Below are positions 32,258 through 41,165 of a stretch of DNA of 45,333 nucleotides, one piece after another. The DNA lies in NCBI GenBank assembly GCA_026982535.1, contig JALSGX010000216.1, positions 1 to 45,333 of the forward strand, given 5' to 3'. Under the pieces are notes generated by a model, which saw only the letters and a program-made list of their open reading frames with translations, was not told where the DNA came from and made no database searches. The stretch is from Ghiorsea sp. Lineage in GTDB: Bacteria > Pseudomonadota > Zetaproteobacteria > Mariprofundales > Mariprofundaceae. Made by a program: the position numbers and the translations under genes. Positions within the stretch are counted from its first letter, which is position 1. The number at the start of each line of letters is the position of its first letter.

Positions 32258-32667
32258 ACCTAAGACCAAAACATAAACGCGGCGATCTATTGGTCGATTT
32301 AACACCTATGATTGATGTGGTGTTTTTGATGCTGATTTTCTTCATGGTTAGCACCAGCTTTACTGCCAACAACAGCATCAAGCTAGACCTGCCGCAAAGT
32401 AAAGCTCAAGCTGCCAACAAAGATATTGAACAAGTCACGGTAAGCATTGATGCCAACGGTCAGTTGTTTGTCCAAGATGAGCCTGTGGCTGATGGTGAGC
32501 TTAGAACGCGTATTCTTAATGTGAGCAAAGGTGACCCCAATATGCGGGTAGTGCTGAGAGCAGATGCCGATGCCAAGCATCAACGCGTGGTTTATGTGTT
32601 GGATACCGTGCGAGAATTGGGTATGGGTAAAATTGGCATTGCAACTGTGCCTGTAAGTGGAAGTTAA
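32254..32667 (+). CDS. exbD: ExbD/TolR family protein
   Basis: DLTPMIDVVFLMLIFFMV, LDLP, LRAD....HQ.VV.VLD. Confidence 0.9.
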   Translation: MNLRPKHKRGDLLVDLTPMIDVVFLMLIFFMVSTSFTANNSIKLDLPQSKAQAANKDIEQVTVSIDANGQLFVQDEPVADGELRTRILNVSKGDPNMRVVLRADADAKHQRVVYVLDTVRELGMGKIGIATVPVSGS

Positions 32668-32669
32668 AC

Positions 32670-33893
32670 ATGCGTATTGTACAAAAATTTGGTGGTACTT
32701 CTGTAGGCTCGATAGAGCGTATTCAAGCAGCCGCAGACATTGTGAAAGCAGAATTGGATAAAGGGCATGAAATCGCTGTGGTTGTCTCAGCCATGAGTGG
32801 TGAGACCAATCGTCTATTGCGCTTGGCCAATGATATGAATGCTAACCCACCCATGCGTGAAGTAGATGCGCTGGTCGCAACGGGCGAACAAGTTACTGCG
32901 GCTCTTTTGACTATCGCGCTGCACAAGCTTGGTGTGCCCGCGTATTCATTCAGTGGTGCGCAAGCTGGCTTCAGAACTGAAGGTAGCCATAGCAAAGCCC
33001 GTATTAAAGATGTGCAAAGTAAACATTTAATTCAACATATGAAGCGTGGCGAGGTACCCGTAGTCACAGGTTTTCAAGGCATTGATGCGCAAGGTAATGT
33101 GACCACACTTGGCCGTGGTGGTTCGGATACATCTGCTGTGGCACTTGCCATTGCTGTTCAAGCTGACTCTTGCGACATTTATACTGATGTAGATGGTATT
33201 TACACCACTGACCCACGCATAGAGCCCAATGCGCGCAAGATGCGCAATATCAGTTATGAAGAAATGCTAGAGTTTGCATCATTGGGCGCAAAGGTATTAC
33301 AAACACGAAGTGTCGAACTGGGCATGCGCTACAATATGCCTATTCATTTACGCTCAAGCTTTGACTTGGTAGAAGGCACTCGTGTTAGCAAAGAGGATTC
33401 AGATATGGAACGAGCAGAAATTTCAGGTGTGGCATATAATCGTGATGAAGCTAAAGTGACCATTAAAGGCATCCCTGATCAACCAGGTATTGCAGCAGCA
33501 GTGTTTGGTCCTGTCGCTGAGGCCGATATAAATGTCGATGTTATCGTACAAAATATTGCTGAAGATGGGCGCACAGATCTAACATTTACTGTGCCTCGCA
33601 ATGACTACCAAGCAACCATGGACTTGCTTGAAAAGCTGCGTGTGGACATGAAAGCACGAGAAGTCATTGGTGATGACACTGTTGCCAAAGTATCCATCAT
33701 TGGTGTGGGTATGCGCTCGCATACAGGTGTTGCCAAAAAGATGTTTGATGTGCTGGCACAAGAAAGTATTAATATCCAAATGATTACTACCAGTGAAATT
33801 AAAGTTACTGTGGTGCTTGAAGAAAAGTACTTAGAGCTTGCTGTTCGTGCTTTGCATCAAGCATTTGGTTTAGACCAAGCTAACCCAACTTAA
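32670..33893 (+). CDS. lysC: Aspartate kinase
   Basis: VQKFGGTSV, VVVSAM, TLGRGGSDTSA, YTDVDG.YT.DPR, two ACT domains. Confidence 0.96.
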   Translation: MRIVQKFGGTSVGSIERIQAAADIVKAELDKGHEIAVVVSAMSGETNRLLRLANDMNANPPMREVDALVATGEQVTAALLTIALHKLGVPAYSFSGAQAGFRTEGSHSKARIKDVQSKHLIQHMKRGEVPVVTGFQGIDAQGNVTTLGRGGSDTSAVALAIAVQADSCDIYTDVDGIYTTDPRIEPNARKMRNISYEEMLEFASLGAKVLQTRSVELGMRYNMPIHLRSSFDLVEGTRVSKEDSDMERAEISGVAYNRDEAKVTIKGIPDQPGIAAAVFGPVAEADINVDVIVQNIAEDGRTDLTFTVPRNDYQATMDLLEKLRVDMKAREVIGDDTVAKVSIIGVGMRSHTGVAKKMFDVLAQESINIQMITTSEIKVTVVLEEKYLELAVRALHQAFGLDQANPT

Positions 33894-33906
33894 CTGAAAG
33901 AAAACC

Positions 33907-34545
33907 TTACTTCAGCAATAAATCCACAAACGATGTTGCAGCCATATCCCATGTATGCACTTGTTTGCCCGCATCTGGATGCACCCATGCCGTGATCGCC
34001 CCCGCTTTTTTGGCAACCCTCAAATTATCTTGCACATCATCAATCACCAACACTTCGCGTGCATCTACTCCTTCAGCGGCAAGCAATTGCTTTAAGGTCG
34101 CCATACAAGGTTTGGGTGTATATTGGTTAAAACGAATATCATAAATGGTCGCAAAACAATCACGGATACCCAAAGCATCCAAAATTGTTTCGGCATGTTC
34201 TTTGGTACCATTGGTATGAATCACTTTACGCATGGGCATGGCTTGCAATACAGCGTGCAACTCATCATGTGGCGATAGCAATTCATGAGCAGCCACATCG
34301 TGGACTTCCAGCAAAAATGGTTCTGCTTCATGCCCGTGGTGCAGCATCAAGCCTTTAAGTGTTGAGCCATATTGCTTCCAATATTTGATGCGAATATCAT
34401 CTGCCGATTGTTTATCCAAACCCAATTCTCGCTGAATATAGGCAATCATCTTTTGGTCCATGCGTGCAAACACACCATTATCTGCAGCATACAAGGTATT
34501 ATCAAGGTCAATGACAGCAAGGGAAATATGATAAGCGTGAAACAT
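33907..34545 (-). CDS. HAD-family pyrimidine 5'-nucleotidase-like hydrolase
   Basis: DLDNTLY, YW..YGSTL.GL, HTNG...HA, PKP, IDD...NL..AK..G. Confidence 0.85.
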   Translation of the reverse strand: MFHAYHISLAVIDLDNTLYAADNGVFARMDQKMIAYIQRELGLDKQSADDIRIKYWKQYGSTLKGLMLHHGHEAEPFLLEVHDVAAHELLSPHDELHAVLQAMPMRKVIHTNGTKEHAETILDALGIRDCFATIYDIRFNQYTPKPCMATLKQLLAAEGVDAREVLVIDDVQDNLRVAKKAGAITAWVHPDAGKQVHTWDMAATSFVDLLLK

Positions 34546-34633
34546 GGCAGAAAGCTAAAGTTTATTACAAAACTTGCAAAATATGGCGTAAATCACAATC
34601 ATGCGATTGTTTTATGGTTTCTGGGGGAGTTTT

Positions 34634-35524
34634 ATGTCGCTTTTTAGTCGTTTAAGCCAAGGTTTACGCAAAAGCCGTGAAAGCCTAACATCATTATTTC
34701 CTGGGCAAGCCAAAGAAAAACTTTCCGATACAGAGTGGCAAGATATTGAAGATGCATTGGTCATGGCTGATTGCGGTGCGCAAGTTGCTATGGATTTGGT
34801 AACACAAGCTAAAAAATCCAAGCAACCTATACAAACACTCAAAGCAAACATGCAAGCCATATTAACCAACAACACACCTATCCGAGAAGCCAAACCCTTT
34901 GTCCTTTTGATTGCTGGTGTCAATGGTACAGGCAAGACCACAACCATTGGTAAGCTTGCCCATATGTATGCCAAACAAAATAAAAAAGTTCTCATTGGTG
35001 CAGCGGATACTTTCCGTGCCGCAGCTGTAGAGCAACTGAGCGTTTGGGTTGAGCGTGCTGGTGCGGACATGGTCAAACAAGCTGAAGGCGCGGATCCTGC
35101 ATCGGTTGCCTTTGATACAATATCCCGTGGTATCTCGAAAAACTATGATGTGATTATTATTGATACCGCAGGGCGTGTGCAAACTGACACAGGGCTCATG
35201 AACGAATTGGCTAAAGTTTACCGTGTAATGGGAAAAGCACTGGATGGCTGCCCACATGAGGTATGGCATGTCGTCGATGGTGGCACAGGGCAAAACGCTA
35301 TCGCACAGGTTGAGAAGTTTCGTGAAGTGATTCACACTACAGGCTTGATTGTCACCAAGCTAGACGGCACAGGCAAAGGTGGCATTTTACTGCAACTCTG
35401 CGATAGGTTTAAACTTCCTGTACGCTATGTGGGTGTGGGTGAAGCTTTGGAAGATTTAATGCCATTTAATCCTTCAGCTTATGTGGATAGCCTCCTACCC
35501 CAGACCTCTCACCCAGAAGGCTAG
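34634..35524 (+). CDS. ftsY: SRP receptor FtsY (short form, no acidic A domain)
   Basis: L.QGLRKSR, GVNGTGKTTTIGKLA, DTFRAAA.EQL, DTAGR, TKLDGTGKGG, GVGE..EDL; SD GGGGAG before ATG 34634. Confidence 0.95.
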   Translation: MSLFSRLSQGLRKSRESLTSLFPGQAKEKLSDTEWQDIEDALVMADCGAQVAMDLVTQAKKSKQPIQTLKANMQAILTNNTPIREAKPFVLLIAGVNGTGKTTTIGKLAHMYAKQNKKVLIGAADTFRAAAVEQLSVWVERAGADMVKQAEGADPASVAFDTISRGISKNYDVIIIDTAGRVQTDTGLMNELAKVYRVMGKALDGCPHEVWHVVDGGTGQNAIAQVEKFREVIHTTGLIVTKLDGTGKGGILLQLCDRFKLPVRYVGVGEALEDLMPFNPSAYVDSLLPQTSHPEG

Positions 35525-36351
35525 GCAAGCTGCCACAAACGCTTACCCTTAAACAACACGGGCTTCCACTTGGACTGATTGCCTGAAGGAAGCTCTGCAG
35601 CACCAGTAATCAAGTAGCCATCAGGGCTCATGGTTTTGGCAACCCTATCAATCACTTTTTTTCGTTCCTCCATCGTAAAGTAAATCAACACATTCCTCAG
35701 GAAAACTATATCAAATGGACCAAAACGACGAACCTGGCTGGGCAACAGGTCATCTACTAAATTGGCCGTTTGAAATTGCACCATACTTTTAATATCAGAG
35801 GAAATAGACCATACCTCCTTTTGCTCATCTTGATTAAAAAAGCGAACCAGGCGTGTAACTGGCATGCCTCGCTGTACTTCCATTTGTGAATACTCTCCTT
35901 TTTTCGCATAGCAAATAGCTTCTTGAGACAAATCTGTGCCTAATATTTTCACACGCTTATGCGCCTGAGGAATAGACTCGCTAGCCGCAATGGCTATTGA
36001 ATAGGCTTCTTGCCCCCGTGATGCTGCTGCCGACCAAATGCGAATCGGTGAAAGCCTATGTTTACCATGCGTAAGCTCTGGCAAGATAAGTGTCTCCAAT
36101 GCCTCGTAAGGGTATTGATCACGGAAAAATAATGTTTCATTGGTGGTCATCGCATCCACAGCAGCCTCAGCAACCGCTGAAGACTCTTGCTGGCGAATAC
36201 GATAAATAAGCGTATTGATATCCGATGCGGCATGTGTTTTTAACAGTGGTTGAAGGCGTGTTTGAATCAAGTATTTTTTATCTTGTTGAATCACTATACC
36301 ACTCTTGCGCTGCAAAAAATCACGAAACCAATGAAACTCTGTATCTCTCAT
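35521..36351 (-). CDS. cheR: Chemotaxis methyltransferase CheR
   Basis: TTNETLFFRD, RIWSAAASRGQEAYSIA, GTDLS, FDIVFLRNVLIYF; ATG overlaps cheB stop (TGATG). Confidence 0.93.
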   Translation of the reverse strand: MRDTEFHWFRDFLQRKSGIVIQQDKKYLIQTRLQPLLKTHAASDINTLIYRIRQQESSAVAEAAVDAMTTNETLFFRDQYPYEALETLILPELTHGKHRLSPIRIWSAAASRGQEAYSIAIAASESIPQAHKRVKILGTDLSQEAICYAKKGEYSQMEVQRGMPVTRLVRFFNQDEQKEVWSISSDIKSMVQFQTANLVDDLLPSQVRRFGPFDIVFLRNVLIYFTMEERKKVIDRVAKTMSPDGYLITGAAELPSGNQSKWKPVLFKGKRLWQLA

Positions 36352-36959
36352 CAACGATACTCCACACATTGTATCAAACGCCTGCCAATCGATTCCAAAG
36401 GTAAAATGTCATGTGCTGCCCCCAAATGCACAGCTGCACCTGCCATACCCCAAACCGTACTGGAAGCTTTATCTTGCACAATCACATGATTGTGCGTATC
36501 AAAAAGGTGCTTTGCCCCTTTTGCCCCATCATCACCCATACCTGTGAGAATGACCGCCAATGTTTTGATCCGGGGAGATAACTCAGCCAACGAATCAAAC
36601 AAAACATCAACTGAGGGAATACAATGGTTAACCTTTTCACCTACTTCCAAAGCAACCCTTAAACGCGAGCCCAAAGCTTTGATTTTCATATGTATATCAC
36701 CTGGTGCAATATAAATATGCCCTGCTTTTAGAACTTCTCCATCTTTTGCCACAGTACATAAAAGCCGACTCTCTTTTGTGATGCGTTCGGCTAACTTCTC
36801 AATAAACACCTTGGGCATATGTTGCGTAATCACAATAGGAACCGGGAAATCTTCAGGCAAGGGCTTCAATATGTCTGCCAAAGCATTGGGACCACCAGTG
36901 CTGGAGCCTACAGCGATAATTTGCGGGCATGTTTTCCTATGCTGCCGGCTTAATGACAT
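36351..36959 (-). CDS. cheB: Chemotaxis methylesterase CheB, catalytic domain only (no receiver domain)
   Basis: GSSTGGP (Ser), TQHMP (His), PSVDVLF, LTGMGDDGA (Asp), VWGMAGA; only ~12 aa precede the esterase domain. Confidence 0.9.
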   Translation of the reverse strand: MSLSRQHRKTCPQIIAVGSSTGGPNALADILKPLPEDFPVPIVITQHMPKVFIEKLAERITKESRLLCTVAKDGEVLKAGHIYIAPGDIHMKIKALGSRLRVALEVGEKVNHCIPSVDVLFDSLAELSPRIKTLAVILTGMGDDGAKGAKHLFDTHNHVIVQDKASSTVWGMAGAAVHLGAAHDILPLESIGRRLIQCVEYR

Positions 36960-37351
36960 GTTTTTCCTCCATCAGATACTTCCGCATGCGCAATACCTAA
37001 GATGTCAAGCTTTTCAACAACAACATCTTCGTTGAAAGGCTTCATGATATATTCATTTGCCCCTGCCGCCAGCGCACTCAACATCGAGCCCATACTGGTT
37101 TCGCATGTCACCACCACCTTAGGCTCTTCAATATACTGTGGCGTCAACCTAAGCTCGACTAAATAATCATAACCACTTTGTGTAGGCAAGTTAAAATCCA
37201 GTAATATCAATGCAATATCAGGATATGTATTCATCATTACCTTGGCTTGCTCTGCATCTTCAGCTTGCACAACATCAAATGCGAGGTGATGCAAAATATC
37301 AACCATCAATGATCGGGTTTCACTATCATGATCTACAGCCAAAGATCGCAT
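36950..37351 (-). CDS. cheY: CheY-like single-domain response regulator (alphaproteobacterial Che1/F5 type)
   Basis: LILLDFNLP phospho-acceptor, VVTCET, ALAAGANEYIMKPF signature; acidic pocket altered (VDHD). Confidence 0.8.
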   Translation of the reverse strand: MRSLAVDHDSETRSLMVDILHHLAFDVVQAEDAEQAKVMMNTYPDIALILLDFNLPTQSGYDYLVELRLTPQYIEEPKVVVTCETSMGSMLSALAAGANEYIMKPFNEDVVVEKLDILGIAHAEVSDGGKTCH

Positions 37352-37353
37352 GA

Positions 37354-37863
37354 TTAATGTACCACTGTTTCTGCTTGCAATGTATTGACATTGGGGATGG
37401 TTAGCCCTATAAACCTATCCACATTAACCAACACCAATACCCGATCATCTTGCTTTAACACACCATCACTGACTTGTCGCCAAATCGCCGCCAAAGACTG
37501 TGGAGTGGCTTCAAAAGCATCTTCATTCATGGTAATCACTTCACCCACATCATCCACAATTAAACCGAAGTCTTCGCCACTAATGGTTTCGACAATAGCT
37601 ACATGGAAAGGTACACCTTCATCCCGCCTGGGCAGACCAACCACTTGCCGAACTTCCAGTTCCGTAATCACCCTACCACGCAAGTTAATCAGCCCTGCCA
37701 CTGCATCGGGAGCCTTGGGCATATGTGTCCGCAGCTGCTGCTTTACCACTTCTCGTACCTGCTGTACACGAAAGCCGATCCATTGTTCCCCAACACGGCA
37801 AGTTAAAAGCTCTGTTGTATGTTGTGATACTTTATGCTGTGTTGGAACTAATACCTGTTGCAT
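37354..37863 (-). CDS. cheW: Chemotaxis coupling protein CheW
   Basis: V..VREV, P.AP.AVAGLINLRGRVI, GLIVDDVGEV. Confidence 0.93.
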   Translation of the reverse strand: MQQVLVPTQHKVSQHTTELLTCRVGEQWIGFRVQQVREVVKQQLRTHMPKAPDAVAGLINLRGRVITELEVRQVVGLPRRDEGVPFHVAIVETISGEDFGLIVDDVGEVITMNEDAFEATPQSLAAIWRQVSDGVLKQDDRVLVLVNVDRFIGLTIPNVNTLQAETVVH

Positions 37864-37871
37864 AACAACTC

Positions 37872-40757
37872 CTATGCTGCCATGGTAGCAGTGCTATTGT
37901 TGCTGTTTTGTACGGGCAAAGAAGGCAAATGCTCTTGTAAAATGCGTGTAATGCTCTGCACCAAATGCTGGCTATCTGTTTTGGATAAAATATCGGAAAA
38001 CACATGATTACCCACTGCTTGTATATCAAGATCCTGCTTGCCGGTTAGCGCAACTACAATCACTTGATGCAAAGATGGTTGCTGCTTCACCCATGTTGCC
38101 AACTCCACACCATTCACATTGGGCATTTCAATATCTGTAAGAATTAAGTCCGGAATAAATGTTGCCAACACCTCTTTTGCCTTTTCACCATCTTCTGCTA
38201 TACGAATGATGAAGCCCATACTCTCCAGCATAGGAATGACCAACTGACGAAAAAACTGAGCATCTTCAACAAATAAAACTTTAAGTGAATCACCTTGGCT
38301 ATGGTTTACAAACCAATCTGGATCAGCGCGTTGTACCACTTCAAACACATTCACCACTTCTGTAGCAACACCCTGAATCACTGTTGTACCTAGAAATAAA
38401 GGATTGTCAGAGCCTTTCTTGATTTCCATTTCAACTTCCAGGATATCCTCCACATCATCCACCTGCAAACACATCCGTTTACCATTATTGGGGTCACCAT
38501 CAGAAAGAATAAGACAATAAACATCTTCATCCTTTTGCTGCGTTGTGGGTGGTAAAGCAAGCAAATCTGCCCATCGCAATACCGTAATTACTTCACCACG
38601 ATATTGTAAAACTTCACCTGCCGCTGTTTTTTCAATACGCTCAGACTTAATATGCTCCAAACGCTCAACCAGAGTCATGGGAATGGCATAGTGCATCCCT
38701 GCTTGGCTAAATAAAAGGCTATGTTGCTGTTTATCCACATGCCCCACCAAGGCTTCATCTTCCAGGTGCTGTGCAGTTTCCATATCCGATGAAAGTTGAA
38801 TCATGGATGCAAGACCATTGCAGTCAAAAATGGGAATGACTGTTCCATCACCTAAAATGCTGCACCCACCATAGAAGTTCAAGTGTTGAAAATGAACCCC
38901 TAGAGGTTTCACAACAATTTCTTCTGCTCCATAAATTTGATCTACAAGAATACCAAATGTTTTGTCACCCAAATCAACAACCACAATGGAGCCCGACAAG
39001 CTATCATCACTGGATAAGTCCAAGACAACTTTTAACCGCATCACAGGCAGCAACTTGCCTCGCAATCGATAAAATGGTTGCCCTGCAATCAAGCGCCAAT
39101 CATCAGAATCATCAGGTGTACTTAATAATTCTTGTACACTCATTTGCGGAATTGCAAAGCGCTGCCCTTCACAGCCAATGACCATAGCAGAGATAATAGC
39201 CAGCGTCAGTGGAATACGTATGCGTAATGTTGTGCCCTGCCCTACGGTACTATCAATATCAACACTACCACCCACACGCTCAATTTCTGTTCGTACCACA
39301 TCCATACCGACACCACGACCTGAAAAGTTTGTAACCTTATTAGCCGTGGAAAGTCCAGCATGAAAAATGAGTTGCAGGGCAGATTTTTGAGACATACTCT
39401 CAGCCTGTTCTTGACTCAACACACCCATATTTACAGCTTTTTGTTTAATCTTATTCGCATCAATACCACCACCATCATCATGGATAGTAATCAAAATGAA
39501 GCCTGACTCTTGCTCTGCTGATAAGGTTAATGTGCCGTGCTCTGGTTTATGGCTTTGCCTGCGCTTTTCTGGCGTTTCAATGCCATGATCACAACTGTTG
39601 CGAATAATATGGGTGAGTGGATCTTTAAGTGCATGAAGAATGGTGCGGTCAAGCTCTGTATCCTCACCTTGCATTACAACCTTGATTTTCTTACCTAGTT
39701 GTTTACCAATATCGCGTACAATGCGCGGCACACTACTCCATATAGTTTGGATCGGTTGCATCCGCGTGCGCAGCAACTGCGCCTGCAACTGTTCTGTAAT
39801 CTGATCCACATCCCGCCCTATGCGCATCAACTCCATCGAACCTGATGCACGCACCATTTGCACCAAACTGTTGCGTGTTAATACCAACTCACCAACCTGA
39901 TTCATCAGCTCATCAAGCAGCCCAATATCTACACGAATGCTGGCATTTCCTTGTGGCTTCTTAATAGACACTGAAGAAGTGCTTGGCCCTTCTTTCTGTG
40001 TTGACTGTTTTGTTTCTGATGTGAGTTCAGCTGTTTTGACTGCTTCATCCGATACTGTGGGAATATCATTGCTTTCTAGATCAACCGCAGCTTCTCTCCT
40101 GGGAGCCTTTTTAGGCTTATCAGATTGTCGCCCAGAGCTCTTAGCCAGCGTACGCTCTTCTTGCCCTGGTTGCTTCACAACAGAGCGGGCAATGCCAAGT
40201 ATCTTCAACGCATCTGCCGCTGTTAGCGGCTCAATTTCACGCAATTTAGCAAACCCAGCCGCAATCACATCCGCTGCTGTTATCAAATGGTTTTCTTCCA
40301 ATGCCTGCAACACAGGCTGCTCAAAGCCATCTAACCATGTTACAGCCAATGCCTTTTGACCATCACCTTCATTCGCAACCATACGCTCACAAGCTTGAAG
40401 TCGTGCAATCAAATCAGAATGATCAAGGTTTGGCTCTTTACCTTCGGCTTCCAAACCTTCCAGAAGCTGAGTAATGGCATCAGCACACTCCAAAAGCAAA
40501 GAAACAATATCCTCATCGACAGGGTATTTCAGTTGGCGAATACGATCCAATAGATTTTCGCCCGCATGCGCTATTTTTTCCAAGTGGGTCAGGTTTAGAA
40601 AACCACAACTTCCCTTTACCGTGTGTATAGTTCTAAAAATCGCATCCAACAGATCTGCATCCTCAGGATTAGCTTCCAAATCCATAAGTTGCTGTTCAAT
40701 GTGTGCTAGATTTTCATTGCTTTCAGCCAGGAATTCAGCCAAGAGTTCTTCATCCAT
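37872..40757 (-). CDS. cheA: Hybrid chemotaxis histidine kinase CheA (HPt, HhH-like insert, dimer, HATPase, 2x CheW, REC)
   Basis: IFRTIHTVKG (HPt His), IRVD..LLDELMN.VGELVL.RN, HIIRNSCDHGIE, DDGGGID, SGRGVGMDVV, two CheW-like domains, C-terminal REC (VED...LILTDIEMP...ALT...K); SD AGGAG before ATG 40757. Confidence 0.95.
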   Translation of the reverse strand: MDEELLAEFLAESNENLAHIEQQLMDLEANPEDADLLDAIFRTIHTVKGSCGFLNLTHLEKIAHAGENLLDRIRQLKYPVDEDIVSLLLECADAITQLLEGLEAEGKEPNLDHSDLIARLQACERMVANEGDGQKALAVTWLDGFEQPVLQALEENHLITAADVIAAGFAKLREIEPLTAADALKILGIARSVVKQPGQEERTLAKSSGRQSDKPKKAPRREAAVDLESNDIPTVSDEAVKTAELTSETKQSTQKEGPSTSSVSIKKPQGNASIRVDIGLLDELMNQVGELVLTRNSLVQMVRASGSMELMRIGRDVDQITEQLQAQLLRTRMQPIQTIWSSVPRIVRDIGKQLGKKIKVVMQGEDTELDRTILHALKDPLTHIIRNSCDHGIETPEKRRQSHKPEHGTLTLSAEQESGFILITIHDDGGGIDANKIKQKAVNMGVLSQEQAESMSQKSALQLIFHAGLSTANKVTNFSGRGVGMDVVRTEIERVGGSVDIDSTVGQGTTLRIRIPLTLAIISAMVIGCEGQRFAIPQMSVQELLSTPDDSDDWRLIAGQPFYRLRGKLLPVMRLKVVLDLSSDDSLSGSIVVVDLGDKTFGILVDQIYGAEEIVVKPLGVHFQHLNFYGGCSILGDGTVIPIFDCNGLASMIQLSSDMETAQHLEDEALVGHVDKQQHSLLFSQAGMHYAIPMTLVERLEHIKSERIEKTAAGEVLQYRGEVITVLRWADLLALPPTTQQKDEDVYCLILSDGDPNNGKRMCLQVDDVEDILEVEMEIKKGSDNPLFLGTTVIQGVATEVVNVFEVVQRADPDWFVNHSQGDSLKVLFVEDAQFFRQLVIPMLESMGFIIRIAEDGEKAKEVLATFIPDLILTDIEMPNVNGVELATWVKQQPSLHQVIVVALTGKQDLDIQAVGNHVFSDILSKTDSQHLVQSITRILQEHLPSLPVQNSNNSTATMAA

Positions 40758-40790
40758 TACCTTTCTCCTATGCTCACCCACTTTCCAAGC

Positions 40791-41165
40791 TTAAAACAGC
40801 ATCCCACCCACAGTTTCAATCAAAGCATCAGGTTCAAAGGGTTTGACCAGCCATGCGGAAATACCTGAGTTGTGCCCAATAGTCTTCTTATCCTCACCTG
40901 ACTCAGTTGTGAGCATTACAATGGGTGTCTCAACATACTTTTCATGTTCTCTAAGTTTTTGAATCATGGTTAGACCATCCATGTTTGGCATATTCAAATC
41001 TGTTAAAATCAAATCAAAAGGAGGATCTGCCTGTAGTGCTTTATCCAAACCTTCCTGCCCATCTCTGGCCTCTTCCACACCAAAATCTACAGACAGCAGC
41101 GTGCGTTTTACTGTCATGCGTACCATCATTGAATCTTCCACAATCAATATTCTAGGACCACTCAT
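40791..41165 (-). CDS. cheY: CheY-like response regulator
   Basis: ILIVEDS, DLILTDLNMPNMDG, PIVMLTTES, WLVKPF; ATG overlaps the upstream channel gene stop (ATGA). Confidence 0.9.
   Translation of the reverse strand: MSGPRILIVEDSMMVRMTVKRTLLSVDFGVEEARDGQEGLDKALQADPPFDLILTDLNMPNMDGLTMIQKLREHEKYVETPIVMLTTESGEDKKTIGHNSGISAWLVKPFEPDALIETVGGMLF

Noticed and set aside
36950-37351. Upstream receiver protein as the split-off REC domain of CheB
   Set aside because: Its sequence (AGANEYIMKPF...VEKL..LG) matches stand-alone Che1/F5-type CheY rather than CheB receiver domains, and it sits in the normal cheY slot.
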